Shown here piece after piece: positions 33,788 to 45,634 of a DNA stretch of 64,000 nt. The translations under genes and the position numbers were made by a program. The stretch is from Epithemia pelagica (Eukaryota; Protista; Bacillariophyta): assembly GCA_946965045.2 (NCBI GenBank), contig OX337237.1:2108001-2172000 (forward strand), written 5' to 3'. Positions within the stretch are counted from its first letter, which is position 1; the number at the start of each line of letters is the position of its first letter. The notes below the pieces were generated by a model. It was given only the letters and a program-made list of their open reading frames with translations, made no database searches and was not told the DNA's origin.

Positions 33788-34607
33788 TGGTGCTTGTCGT
33801 TCGGAAATAGAATCCAGAAAAGTTAGGTAAACAAAAAAAGATTTCTGCACTCGACCTCGACAATATCTTTTTTGCAGGGGTCCAGTCGCATAAATATTTT
33901 GTGCCTTTTTCTTTTGATGTCCTCTACCTAGAGAGGAGTACTATGATAGGACTAGAAGTATTGGATGAATAGCGTAATGGCTCACTTCCTCTCTTATTGA
34001 GTAAGTAGTGAGGGCATCTTGTTACTCCTACGAGTACTTGAGGAAACAAGAGAGCTACACATGACTGAAACAGAGGAACACGGAAAGGAGCAACGAATTT
34101 TCCAACTAGACCAGACAGCAAGTCTTCTGATTGCTCTCTTCCCATACAAGTACCTTATTCTCCGGACGGACCATGGTGCGACCTTCGAGTTCTCTAGTAG
34201 GAGGAAAAAGAAGAATGGCTGAGAAGAAGCCAACGGGTCGATGTACAATTTTTTTCCGAATGGTGGCGATTCAATATCCACGAGATACACGGTATCTCAA
34301 CTCAAGAGCTAAAGGACTCAGCTGGGAATTTTGGACCTCTTCCTCCAGCCTCAAGCAATATATTGCAACCGCCCCAGCAGAACAACGACTCTTTGTCATT
34401 CTTCCTCTACGTTGAGCCATGAAGAGGTTTATCTCTTTTCGATGTAACTTGAGCCATGACACTAGTCCAAACAGATTCTTGTGCATCAATCCACTAAGGC
34501 AACCAATCACAGTTCAAACAGAAACAAGAAACCAAGACAGTTCGCATCGTTACGAAGATTATTTGAGAAATTCCGAGGTTCTTTTTACTGGCCGAGAACT
34601 CTTTGGA

Positions 34608-35675
34608 CTATTGGGTGTCAGGCTTTGAAATGATGTCCTTTTCAGACACGACTTCGTACTTCTCATCGCCACTAAGCTCTTGGAGGGAGTCAACAACTTC
34701 CATTATTGGAAAAATAACTAGCCGAATAATCCAGTCACGTAATATGGATACGGACTGGTCCCTTTTTGTTTTGAAACCTCGAATAAATGAGACTCCGGCA
34801 TGTATCAAACAACTGAGAAGTAATTTGATCAACTGTCGCACTCGAAAATCAAGTATTTGAAGGATGCATACTGCGGTTACATAAAGGGGGTGAACGAGCT
34901 TGAACGCCAGAGACCGATGTTCCACTCGAAAGCGTGCAGCTTCCCACTTGAGTGCCTGGAGGTAGGTTGGGCCAAGCAATGCGTGATCCTCCACCGGATC
35001 ACCTGCGCGTGGCGCTAAAAAGCAAAACTCTTCGTCAGGATCACCGACCACGCGTCCTGACCTCAATGATTGGGCAGCGGTGGGTGCCACCCATATCAAG
35101 GGGTCATTGACGGAATAGTAGTTGATACACCTCCGAAATGGGAACTGAGGTGTTCTTCGAATCGCGGCGGCACCGCCCAACGCAATCACTTCAATTTGAT
35201 TCATTTCTTCAGGTTTCAGTAATTTGGCTGCCAAGGAGGTAATGAGAGCTCCTTGAGAGTGCGCAATGTGTACCACACATCCATTCTTTCCAACCTCTGC
35301 AAGAGCCTCTCGCAAATGTGCAACTAGTGAATTGACTTCGTCCGTGATACGTCCCAATTTCTGCGTTCCGGCTTGTGTCAGATCACCAAATAATCCAATA
35401 ACATCTTCAAAGTGAGACTGAGAAGTTGGGTTGTAGCAATATTGAACTGGTTCTCCAAATAGCTGTGATATTTCCTCTTGCCCTTCCGTCATGTGTTGGA
35501 TATGCGTCGCAATTCCGTTCACCCACGTTAGCCTGGTCTTTCGGGACAAGACTGGGTCTACGAGGTAGAAACAAGCAGAGATATAGAATGGGATCCCTGT
35601 CCATCTCTCATAGCTTCCATATGGTTCTCGCGCACATACACATTGCAGTCGTCTCCTTTTGTTAGCTTTGAACAT
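34608..35675 (-). CDS. Alpha/beta-hydrolase-fold protein (DUF687-like)
   Basis: WVNGIAT, YCYNPT, nucleophile elbow HIAHSQGA, IEVIALGGAA, NYYSVNDP and VEDHAL. The start is uncertain. Confidence 0.65.
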   Translation of the reverse strand: MFKANKRRRLQCVCAREPYGSYERWTGIPFYISACFYLVDPVLSRKTRLTWVNGIATHIQHMTEGQEEISQLFGEPVQYCYNPTSQSHFEDVIGLFGDLTQAGTQKLGRITDEVNSLVAHLREALAEVGKNGCVVHIAHSQGALITSLAAKLLKPEEMNQIEVIALGGAAAIRRTPQFPFRRCINYYSVNDPLIWVAPTAAQSLRSGRVVGDPDEEFCFLAPRAGDPVEDHALLGPTYLQALKWEAARFRVEHRSLAFKLVHPLYVTAVCILQILDFRVRQLIKLLLSCLIHAGVSFIRGFKTKRDQSVSILRDWIIRLVIFPIMEVVDSLQELSGDEKYEVVSEKDIISKPDTQ

Positions 35676-36093
35676 CCGTCGTCAACATTCTCTTCTCCCT
35701 GTACTTTCTAGGAGTACTCCCTGTATTGATTATTGATCGACCTTTTACCCACAAAAGAAAACATCGGGATCTTGAGTACACCCGAGCATTGTACTCCGTG
35801 TCTCTTTGGTCTTGCCGAGACGAGTTTGTTTTGTGTGCTTGACTTCGAATCTTCACTAATCTTCTATGGAAGCACTGGGGAGTGCCTTTACGCCCGAGCG
35901 AAGACACTACGAATCTACTATTAGCTATCTCAAACCCATTGAAAGATACCTCCTCTGGAGAGTACATTCGCTGCTATCCATCAGCCGTCACCAGTCACCA
36001 ACTCATCCTTCGTCATCGGACCAACGCGACAGCAACAACGAAACGAAAGACTTCGTAGCCACCAATAATTTGTTTGTCGCCGCTACAGCAACC

Positions 36094-36938
36094 ATGAGGA
36101 AGGAAAGCAGACACATCCGGTTGATTGCATTCGCCGTATTTCTATGTTTGGTTTATTCTGATGGATTCCAAGTATCCACCCAACCCACAGCCAATGTTGT
36201 TTTCAAGGCAGAATCAACCTTGCTGAAGGAAGAGCAAAAACAGACAATTCCAAGGAAGGCTGAACCATCTTCCCCTGAGACGGACGAAATTGCATCATTA
36301 CCTCCTGTTATTCAGAGCATCGCGGACGAAAGAATGGAATATCAGATGAACCTGGGGAAGGCCATGGATACACTCCGCAAAGACTATCAAGATATACTGA
36401 CAAAGAGACCAGGTATGTGTTCAGATTCCTTTATATTTCAACTTTGTAAGCACCTCGAATCTCATATGTTTCACGTCTTCGTCAAATTTTATCGTTTTGT
36501 ATGCCAGACTTCAGCATCTATGATAAAGATATCTTGTTGGCTGATCCTTCTGGTATTCAGGTGACCGGACTGGAAAAATATAAATCGGCATTTACCTTTT
36601 TCCAGACCTTTCTGGGATTTTGGTTTTCCACCAGCCGTAGCGGCTTTCAATTCCGAATGGTTTACGACTTCGCTCGCTGTTCCATTCGCATATCATGGCA
36701 CGCCGTTCTGGTCCCGAAATTGCCTGTTCATCTGCGACCACTGCATGTGGATGGCATCTCTTACTATCAGTTGGACCGGAAAAGTGGGAAGGTTGTCGAA
36801 CACAAGATTGAAAACCTCACAATCAACAATAGTCCCGTGGCACCGCCATACGGAATAATGAGTCTTCTGCAGCAAGATGAACTGCGAATGAAAGGAGTAC
36901 CAGTTGGTGTTGGTGCTTTGACGGGGAGCTTTCAGTAG
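36094..36938 (+). CDS. Plastid-targeted DUF2358 / SnoaL-like (NTF2-fold) protein; intron 36413-36507
   Basis: Signal SDG-F. TLRKDYQDILTKRPDFSIYDKDI...DPSG...GLEKYK forms after splicing. Confidence 0.8.
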
Positions 36939-37113
36939 ACAAAACAAGCGCACACATCTGCCCTTGCGTAGTCATCATAGAGTACAGTTATTAGCCATTT
37001 AGCGTTGAGCGACAACTTTAAGTGAGTAGACCGTATCTACAATGGTTTCAAGGGTTGGTGCATGTCCCTTCCACGAAGGGATGTTACGGGAATATCGATA
37101 AGAGCTCCCAAAA

Positions 37114-37917
37114 CTACGTGGTTTTCACCTTTTCTTTCCGTCTGTTGACCCAGTTCGTAATCCTCCGTTCGACTGATCCAACGACCAAGGCACCAACGAC
37201 GGATGGCACAATTAAAAAAGGATAGGGTAGTAGTCCATCTTGGTTTAGAATAGTTTGCTGAAGGAGGTCAATCAGAGTGGACTCAACATACGTGTAGAAC
37301 AAAAAGGCGTTCGTCGACCCAACTGTTAACCCAACGACGACCTGTTCCCAAGTATGGAGCTTGACTTGAACTCTGTACAAGAGACTTGTTGCAGTGAATA
37401 GCAGAATTGGAAACAACAACCAGAATGGTTGGTGCAGGAAAGTAAAGGTACCAATGAATCCTAAACTCATGGCATGAGAACTTGGCATTCCTCCATCACT
37501 CGGTTTCAAACGTAGCTCAGAAACCACCATATCAGGTGGTCTTGTCTGATTGATGATTTTCTTCAGTACTTTTCCCAAAACTGCATTGCCAATCGACCCG
37601 ATGAAGAATGCGGACATGACAGCGTTTCTTTTCCATACTAGCACTACATAGAATAGGCCGCTCACAAAGAGTGATGTAGTTCCTCCCACAAGAGACACCA
37701 GCGAGTTTAGTTTTTCAGGATCATTGTCGTCTTCGCTCTTCTCCATTGTCGACTTCAGCAACGCCTCTCTTGGCCTCTGCCTGCAAAAGGTGCCCGGGGC
37801 AGCAGGATTCCTTGATTGACGATCCCCCAACAACGCAAGCGAATTGGATGAAAGGAAAGCACTCTGAGAAAGCTGAAAACAGAGGATAATGTGGGACAGC
37901 AGAAGTAATCGTTTCAT
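37114..37917 (-). CDS. PAP2-family lipid phosphate phosphatase (plastid LPP-epsilon / dolichyldiphosphatase-like)
   Basis: KKIINQTRP, GMPSSHA and YRVQVKLHTWEQV motifs. Signal peptide SQS-AF. Confidence 0.88.
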   Translation of the reverse strand: MKRLLLLSHIILCFQLSQSAFLSSNSLALLGDRQSRNPAAPGTFCRQRPREALLKSTMEKSEDDNDPEKLNSLVSLVGGTTSLFVSGLFYVVLVWKRNAVMSAFFIGSIGNAVLGKVLKKIINQTRPPDMVVSELRLKPSDGGMPSSHAMSLGFIGTFTFLHQPFWLLFPILLFTATSLLYRVQVKLHTWEQVVVGLTVGSTNAFLFYTYVESTLIDLLQQTILNQDGLLPYPFLIVPSVVGALVVGSVERRITNWVNRRKEKVKTT

Positions 37918-38393
37918 GGAGAACTTTCATACAACAGGGATCAGTTCGAAAGGTAATCATTCCCAATTCCCATGGTTTTTGAGCGGGTGTACTTGTATAA
38001 TTATTTCGTGTAAGAATAAAGTCGAAACGCGACCGTGTGACGTCAGTCGCGTTAGTCTTGCCCATTTCGGTTGCTGACCAGCCGACGAAGAGGATCGTTT
38101 CTCGGTGTGTTACGATGGAGACAGACGGAAAGTTATCGAAATCTCAACAACTCCAAGGCCTCAGTTGTAGAAGGAAATGGACCAAACCGAAAATCGGTGA
38201 TGTTTCCCTGCACGTCGTAATTCTGCAATGCCCAAACGTTGTCATGTTGACAAGCTCAAGGTGCTGGGGTCTTTTTGTTTATCTTTATTTGATGCGTTAT
38301 TATGTTGACTGCTATTGTTGACATATGCCATGCCATTCTCTGTCACTAATTGTTTGGAAGTTTGAGGGCAATTGCTATTTGGTTGTACTGCGA

Positions 38394-40507
38394 TCAATAC
38401 ATTGCGCTTTGCACAACCTTGTCGCGCAAAGTTATTCCGCATTCAAAAGGATTCAAGACCGAACATACACGCTTTGTCTCAAACATAAACTTCTTTTCGG
38501 GTTTGTTGTGCGCACTTAGCCAACCCTTCTCGCGGAGTTCCACCACCACAGTATACACAAAGGCCATTTCTTCGCGCTCCGAAACTTTCTTCTTCTTCGC
38601 CCTGTCAGATACAAAGACCTGTTCCGTATCGACACCTTCCCAGAACCTTTTGTAATCGTCCTCTGTCTTTTCCTGCCATCCGATGGGAGTGGGATAACGT
38701 ACGAGTGACAAAATTTTCCGGTTGTCGCCTGTTCGAAATTGATAAAGCTCCGTTTTGGGGCTGATTGACTTACCGAGTGTCATGGAACAATATTGGTTGA
38801 AGATTTGTTTACAGTTGAACACGTTTACAACACCATCATCACCGTCGATTTTTGCTGATGAGGTGCGATTGATATTTCCCTCGAAAAAAGGGTATGGATG
38901 ACGAGAGTTCATGTTGGCAACATTGACCGAGTATATATGACTCCCGATCTCTCGCTCACTTAGACTGAGGGAAGTATCACGAGCCGTTTCGAGCATGGCA
39001 GATTCCTTTGCTCGTTCCGATGTAGGATTATTTTCAAAATAATAAATCCTTGCATTGGGATGACGGGCACGTCCAGATCCTTGAATGTGTGCCTTTGTTG
39101 TCGCAATGGTGCTGAAACGAACCACGAAGGAGCAATCAGAGACATCAATGCCTTCTTCCAAAGCTGCGGTTGCGACAAGGATACGGGCTGATCCTTCAGC
39201 AAAGGCTTCCAATTGTTTTTGTCGATCGGCCTGCGTTTGATACCCTGTTCCTGCAACCGCACCACACTGCGGTGGACCTGGGTTGGCTCTGCGGCTCACT
39301 ACTGGGCTGGAACCAGAATGACGGTCGGTCAAATGGTCATTGATTTGTTTGGTCATTGCGGAGACTAGTGCGACTTGCTCGACAAATACAATTCCTCGGT
39401 GACTGTCTGACTTTCCTTCCCCGATGAGGATATCTTCCAGGAGGCCCAACGATCGCTTTAATTTGTGTGATTGCTGTGAGGCGCGGGAAATTGCAGGATC
39501 ACTACGCATTCTCAACAACAGTTCGTCCATTTCAGCACGCAGAAATGGTATGCTTTTCTTAATGTTTTCCGCATGTCGTATGGCTGCCTGTGAATCGCCA
39601 CTTTTCTCCAGATTCCCGGCCTTGGCAAGGACTTGTGCACAGATGACCTTTTCCACATAGTAGAAGAGTGCTTCAGAACCAAGCTCGTCAAACACATGAG
39701 AACAGCGTGAAACCACTTTTTCGATTTCCTTATCTGGATCGGAGATAGATTTCTTTGAGTGATGTCAACATGTGCTTCAATAATCCCTTTGATTCTTTCA
39801 TTATCGACTCTGCCGTTCCTTTCATCTTGTCTCCACTGGATCCATCGAAAGCTTTCATTACTTAACCTAGACTCGATGTCGGGGCAAAATATCGTGCTGG
39901 TCATGAGGGCCTCCAAGTCTTTCCTCTTTTTTTCTTTATTGACAAGTGACCCATTGACAAAGGATGCCGTTAGTCCCAGAATTCGAGGCAGTGCTGAAGA
40001 TGACCCAACACCGCGACTCCCCATGAAAGGAATGACACCATCTCGCATAACGCTCGCCATCGGTGAGTTTCCAACAGCATTGTGACATTCGTCAAACACC
40101 AGCAGGCTGAACTGGCTTAGATTCATGTACTTGTCAGTAACAAAGGCTTTCAGAAATATGGCAGCTGTACCTAGCATGATTTGGCATGAATGGAGGGCAT
40201 GGTTCCATGATTGCTCTTCCCACTGAGCTTGTTCTTCTCCGACCAGACGTTGAACAACGACATGATTGTGCTTTGAGTCGAGACAATGCTTTCGACAGTA
40301 ATCGGATTGTTGTTCAACGAGAGGTCGCGTCGGTACCAAGAATCCAATCTTCAAATGAGGGTACTTTTTCAAATAGTGTTCAATCAGGCGAGCAGCAACT
40401 AAAGTCTTTCCTGTTCCGGTTGGGAGGCACACAATGGTATTTTGCAGTTTGGCTTTTTCGAGGCACTCCGCTTGATAAGGCCGTAGCTCAAACCGCCGTT
40501 CCGCCAT
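38394..40507 (-). CDS. Stand-alone Dicer/RIG-I-type DExD/H helicase with possible DUF283-like tail and no RNase III; 1-nt frameshift at about 39755
   Basis: LRPYQ, NTIVCLPTGTGKT, DECH, RILGLTAS, GIVFVE, LVATAALEEGIDV and HIQGSGRAR, then VVNVFNCKQIFNQYC. The two ORFs join if one A is added to CAAAG. Confidence 0.8.
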
Positions 40508-40913
40508 GGTCCAAGTTCTCTTCAAAACCTCAAAATATTCGTCACTTCTGTTGAGCGCGCAGACACCGGAACACAGTTCACTACGAGTATTCCACGTGTA
40601 CAAAAAGTTCGAGTATCAAGCAGCACCTTTAAGTTCGATGTTATGAAAGTAGGAAGAAGAGTGGCCGTTTCTCCTCCATGGTCTCCATCCATTAAATCAT
40701 TGCTGCTTGTTCAGCTTCACTCCAAAGACAGAAACAGCAATTGCCTCAACAGAAAAATGGACGCTTCTGGTGACAAACGCGTTTGGAAAAATGGCTTGTC
40801 CCACTGTGTTCAGAATAGAATTATGGGTTTGATGAGTTCCCCAACTATTTCCTTCATTCCAGGGGATCAACCACTGTTCCCTATCGGCATGCTTGGTAAC
40901 AAAAACATTGTCC

Positions 40914-41570
40914 CTAAAGCTCGTTGGCCTTTCGTTTTCTGTTCATCGGTAGGCACATGGCCGGTTTTCCAGTCCCGAAGGTGTCCTTTACAGCTTCAGC
41001 ATCGTCTGATTTTTGCTTGTTTTCATGCCAGAGGAGATTCAAGTTCACTTCTCCTACGCGAAAATTCCAGTTTTCCGATTCAAACCTCTGTTTCCGCGCT
41101 TCGTTGCGCAAGGGACATGCATACATACGTTGGCCAGTTGAACTGCAATAGGGAAGGAAACCTTTTTTACAAGGAGTGAAGGGAAGAGTCATTTCCCCTT
41201 TGGAACAAACAAATCGTTTGCCAGCCGACTCAATTGCCTGGCCTTGGAGAGTAGTGTTTCCAGCTGATTGCATATAATGTGCACCACCATACAAATCACC
41301 ACGCGCCGTAGGAAATCCACACACAAATCCCCATGGCACTCGATCCTCCAGGATACTGGCTTCAATGCGATATCATTCGCTTGGTAAGATTCCACAATCG
41401 TTCTGTCTAGCAGAGTCTCCCGGTAGTGGTTTGTGAACCGTTGCATTTACTGAAGGGAAGTACAAATAGGAATTCGTCAAACTCTTTGAGTTTGCAGCAT
41501 CGTTTAGCTTCTTCGAACGCTCCTTTTGCAATCGGGATGATTTTCGTCGGGACTCAATGTTTGATCGCAT
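40914..41570 (-). pseudogene. Unknown ORF interrupted by an in-frame TGA (41373-41375)
   Basis: ORFs 41373-41570 and 40914-41339 share a frame and are linked by GAA TGA TAT CGC ATT. No family was recognised. Confidence 0.35.
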
Positions 41571-42165
41571 GTCTTCTAGCAGAATAATCCCAAAACGGAG
41601 TTAAGAAGGGATTTGCTTTCATGGAAAGAATTCCGATCGTCCCATGTCCCATGTGGAGGTTGCAGGTGGCTACCGGTAGGTGTCGTCGATGAGATCTGCG
41701 AGGGCGGGTATGTGTCAACAGTCCCAACGACCACACTCCCAAGGTTCCCCCTCATCACTCATCACTCATGCAGTGATCTTATTACGAGAGTACGGCTTTC
41801 TCATTCTTTGCTTTCTCATTGGTCCAAAAGTCTTTCGAAGAGAGATAAAACAGACCCAAGAGGGAAAGGGAACGATCACACCCATCAGAAGCAGCCCAAT
41901 ACAATTGTGACTATTGTTGGTTGGTCCTTAGTCGTCTTGGTCCTTCACAGCTCCGTTGGGCTTTAGAGACACACTCTAGCGATTAATCCTTTGCATCTTG
42001 GAACTATGTTTTGAATGATGTGAAACGCGTCGCTGAGGAAGAATGACCAGAAAAATGAGGGGCAGTTGTAAGACAAGTCTTTCCACAAAACATCTCTTTC
42101 CAAGCCCAACGTTTCCACTACAACATTTCGACCAGACGAAACGACAAACCAAACCATCATCAGCC

Positions 42166-42848
42166 ATGTCGAATCTTGACCTTTCAGACCCCGTACGTTT
42201 TCCCTAGCCCGTGTACCTTACGACGGCAGCTTTGAGATGTTTCTAGACCCCGTTTACTTACCCTTTCTATTTTGACGACTTGCTTTGTTCAAACAGGCTA
42301 TCCGTGAAACATGGTCAGTACACCTGTTGGTGTTTGTCGAATGGAGGTTTTCTTCTCGTATCATCTGATTTGTCTGTTTTTATAATAGGGAAACTCTCGC
42401 AGACGTACACGGAAAGCTAAACTGGTTTGTTCTTTCGTACGAAGACAAGACTAAGATCAGAGTGCAATCTTCTGGCACGGGAGGATTGAAAGAATTGGCC
42501 GAACAATTCGTAAGTGACCAGGTTCTCTTTGGCTTCCTGAAAGTTGGTGCCGAAGATCGCAAGGCGGTCACAAGCACACGCCAAAAGCTTGCATTGATCA
42601 CATGGATTGGCGAAGATGTTGGTGTTATGAAGAAAGCTAAGGTCGGGCCTCAACGTCAGTCACTCATCAACGAGATCGAGGGCATCCAGTTTTTCATTCA
42701 AGCATCAGAGCCTGGTGATGTTGACATTATGCACATGGCCTCTGAAATCCTGCGCAGTGGAGGAGCACACAAACCGACACACTACATCTTTGGCCCTGAC
42801 CAGGAAGTGGCATTGTCAGACCTAAGCAACTTCAAGACTTACGTCTAG
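42166..42848 (+). CDS. Coactosin-like ADF-H actin-binding protein; introns 42193-42296 and 42314-42388
   Basis: The spliced product reads MSNLDLSDPAIRETWETL...LNWFVLSYE...SGTGGLKEL...KLALITWIGEDVGVMKKAKV. Confidence 0.88.
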
Positions 42849-44445
42849 AGAGCTCAAATGGGTTTAAGTTTGGCATGTTCAGTTTCCTCAGGATGGTTTA
42901 CCGAAAGAATCTGGCCAAATGAATTTGCATGTATCAGCTAGAAGTTGGGGATGAAAAGGGTCTTGTTGGCTTGGCGTTTTGGTTCGTAGTGGACCGATTT
43001 GTCTCGTTGACCGGGAGGTCAACCTCTAGTTTTTCCGTCAATTGACAAAACACTAATGAACTATACAAACAATAAATATGTGACTCGACTTATGTTGAAT
43101 AGGGGTTTGAGCACGGCGCCACCCATACACGTAGTGCCTCGGCCTAATCGCTGCCCTCAGATCGATGTCCACGTAGAATGGGGAAAAGTGAGGCAGATCT
43201 TCTTTAGTATCGATGAACATGTCCTCCTTGGGTGATTCCTCTTCTTAACGTCTATGAATGTATTTCATGTACATTGTTTGAGCAACCTTTACTTCGGATC
43301 AGTCATTAGGCGATTCAAAAGAACCAAACTTTTTTTTTGTTGATGTCTAGAATAGGTTATGGGTGTGACTAAACTAGAACTTGGGTGGGGTGATCATGGG
43401 TGGAGTAGGCGGCGTGTGGGTTGTAGGGGTGGGGGAAGTATCGGGTAGCCGGGCAGACGGTGAAAACAGATGATTTTTGGATTCTGCAAAGTTGTCGTTG
43501 GTTGGAGAGGTGCAAGTCGGTGGTTGCTATAGCATCGAGGACATGTTGGGCTAAGGCCGTGGTGATGGCGTGTCCGAGAGAAAGCGTCGCGTGTCGTCGG
43601 AGGGACATTTGGAAGGGCTGTGTGCGTGGGTTGGTGCGAAGCTGGGCGGTGTGAATGAGGTTGGAGGGGGCGAACTCCGTCAGATTATTGAAAGCCAAAA
43701 AACCATCGGGGTGTGGGAGACAGCGGTCGGAACGGCCGAGTTGTGGTGTTGTCCATGGGGGGGGGGGGGGGTGGAGGGGGAAAGGGAATACCAGGGAGGG
43801 GGACCGAAGAAGAAAGTGTGGGCGAAGCTACCGAGTCCACCTAAGTGGTCGATGGAAAAGGGCAAAAGGAGTAAATTGTTGCTGTTGAGGAGTGCAGTGG
43901 TGGTGGTGTCATGTGTGAATTTGTGGCGAGCGGCCGCGTGGTGAATCAGGGAGGCGTCGTTGGCAATGTTGTCGAATGATTGGCCAGTGCGGTGCTGCTC
44001 AGTGGAGGTGGGGGTGGGAGGCAAGTGTGGGTGGGCGGGGGGGACCGTGATATCGATTGCAACGTAGTGGAAGCGATCGGCGGGGAGCGGTGGATGGAGA
44101 GCCATTCCAATGTCGGCAGGACGGATGTTTCTGGGGTGGTGGGGGAGGAGATTGGTTGGCTCAAGGTGTACGTCGTATTGTGTGCGAGTCCATTCGGCTC
44201 TGGGAGCAAGGTCTTGGACGAGAAAGAATCAAAAGAGGCGCGGTGGCAGGTTTTCCACCTTGACAAAGAGAGCGAGCACGTGGATGGGCGAAGACACAAA
44301 CACATAGACGCTTTTTCTCCTTTTTGGAGAGAAAAAAAAACTATGGTCTATTTTAACGCTGCCGCACTCACCCGCGCGGAGTGAGCCGACCGACGCGCCG
44401 GGCCCAGGAGGGCGAGGACTAACTACCAGTGCGCTGGGCAGCGTG

Positions 44446-44919
44446 TTAGATAGCTACATTGTAGTGTGCAGAGCGATGAATGACGGGACGCCATGTATTG
44501 ATCCATGATCGGAGAGAGATGGAAGTAGTGTCGGTGGCAAAGTGTTGCTCGAGGAATGAATAGAAAAGAGATTGGTCGGAAGGTTGTACAAGGTGGCGCA
44601 TATCATACAGCGCCTCCACTTCGCGTTGAGCCTGGGCATAAGCTGCGACTTCTTGAGTTTCAGGGTTGGAACCATGGGTATCTTCCTTGCGTTTAATCCA
44701 AAGTTTGTGCAAGTGATCCCATAGGATCTTGATCGAACCAGAAACAAAAAGAGAACCTCGCAGTTTAGGGGAATGAAAATCCTGATAATTTCTCGTAGTA
44801 GTATTAGGACGGGGTGAAACCATAGAAAGTCCAAATTTTGATTGCCCCCAAACAAGCGTTTTACTGTGGTGTAACCAGACCCCCCGGGAATTTGCCGCAG
44901 GGGGAAGAACGCTTACCAC
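44446..44919 (-). mobile_element. Probable non-LTR (LINE-like) retrotransposon C-terminal relic
   Basis: IKILWDHLHKLWIKRKEDTHG...ALY...LF...LRSW resembles the post-RT W..W..RN..HG motif of algal LINEs. The flanks are degraded and strand-biased. Confidence 0.4.
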
Positions 44920-45634
44920 ATTGCCAGCGTAACGACATTGAAGAGATTAAAATACAATTCCGGAGTGTAAGGTTAAGGGAAAAAAATGAAATAACGGCGC
45001 CGTTTGCCCTAAAATAAATAGAAGGGGAATATTGGGAAAAAACGTGGCGGGGTGAAGGCTGTATAGGTGTCATTGACTGTTTTGGGGGTAAGCTGTATTA
45101 CTATATGGAAAAGAGATCACTTTTTCAAAAATGGTGTCGGGGCTGTCCCGGTTTCCAAAGAATTACGGGAATTCAGGGATTACCGGGTAGTTTTGAACAC
45201 TCTAGTGGATGAGAGCCGTTTTTATTGTGAACAGACCTGTTGATTGCCCGGAGATAAGATGTCAACCGATAGGAAACTCACGGTAGAAGGGAAAGCGGCA
45301 AAAAAATTTATAGCGGAGATGGGGAGTAGCTATAGATATCTAATAGATTTCTGATAGCTCAGGCGACAATACCCGCACAACATAGATACATAGTTCGTAT
45401 GCTAGAAGAAGAAATACTGAGGAACTTAAGCAGACATATCCGGGTTTTCTAATCGTGAAAGTAAATAATACGGAGTATGCGCCTACCAAGTGTCAAGAAC
45501 AGCGGCTGACGCAGTTAGTCTTAAGTACCATCAAAATTGTAGCTGTAGTAAGTTGGCTAAGTGTCACAAATTATATGATTATTGTGTGCTGTTTTAACTA
45601 GAATTACTGATGATAATAAGCATAGACTTCTGGT

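Noticed and set aside
33994-34600. Cluster of short ORFs between the TPR-SAP and hydrolase genes
   Set aside because: No consistent frame, splice pattern or motif was found.
40643-41179. 178-aa plus-strand ORF
   Set aside because: It has no recognisable motifs and lies antisense to the better-looking minus-strand ORF, so it is probably a shadow.
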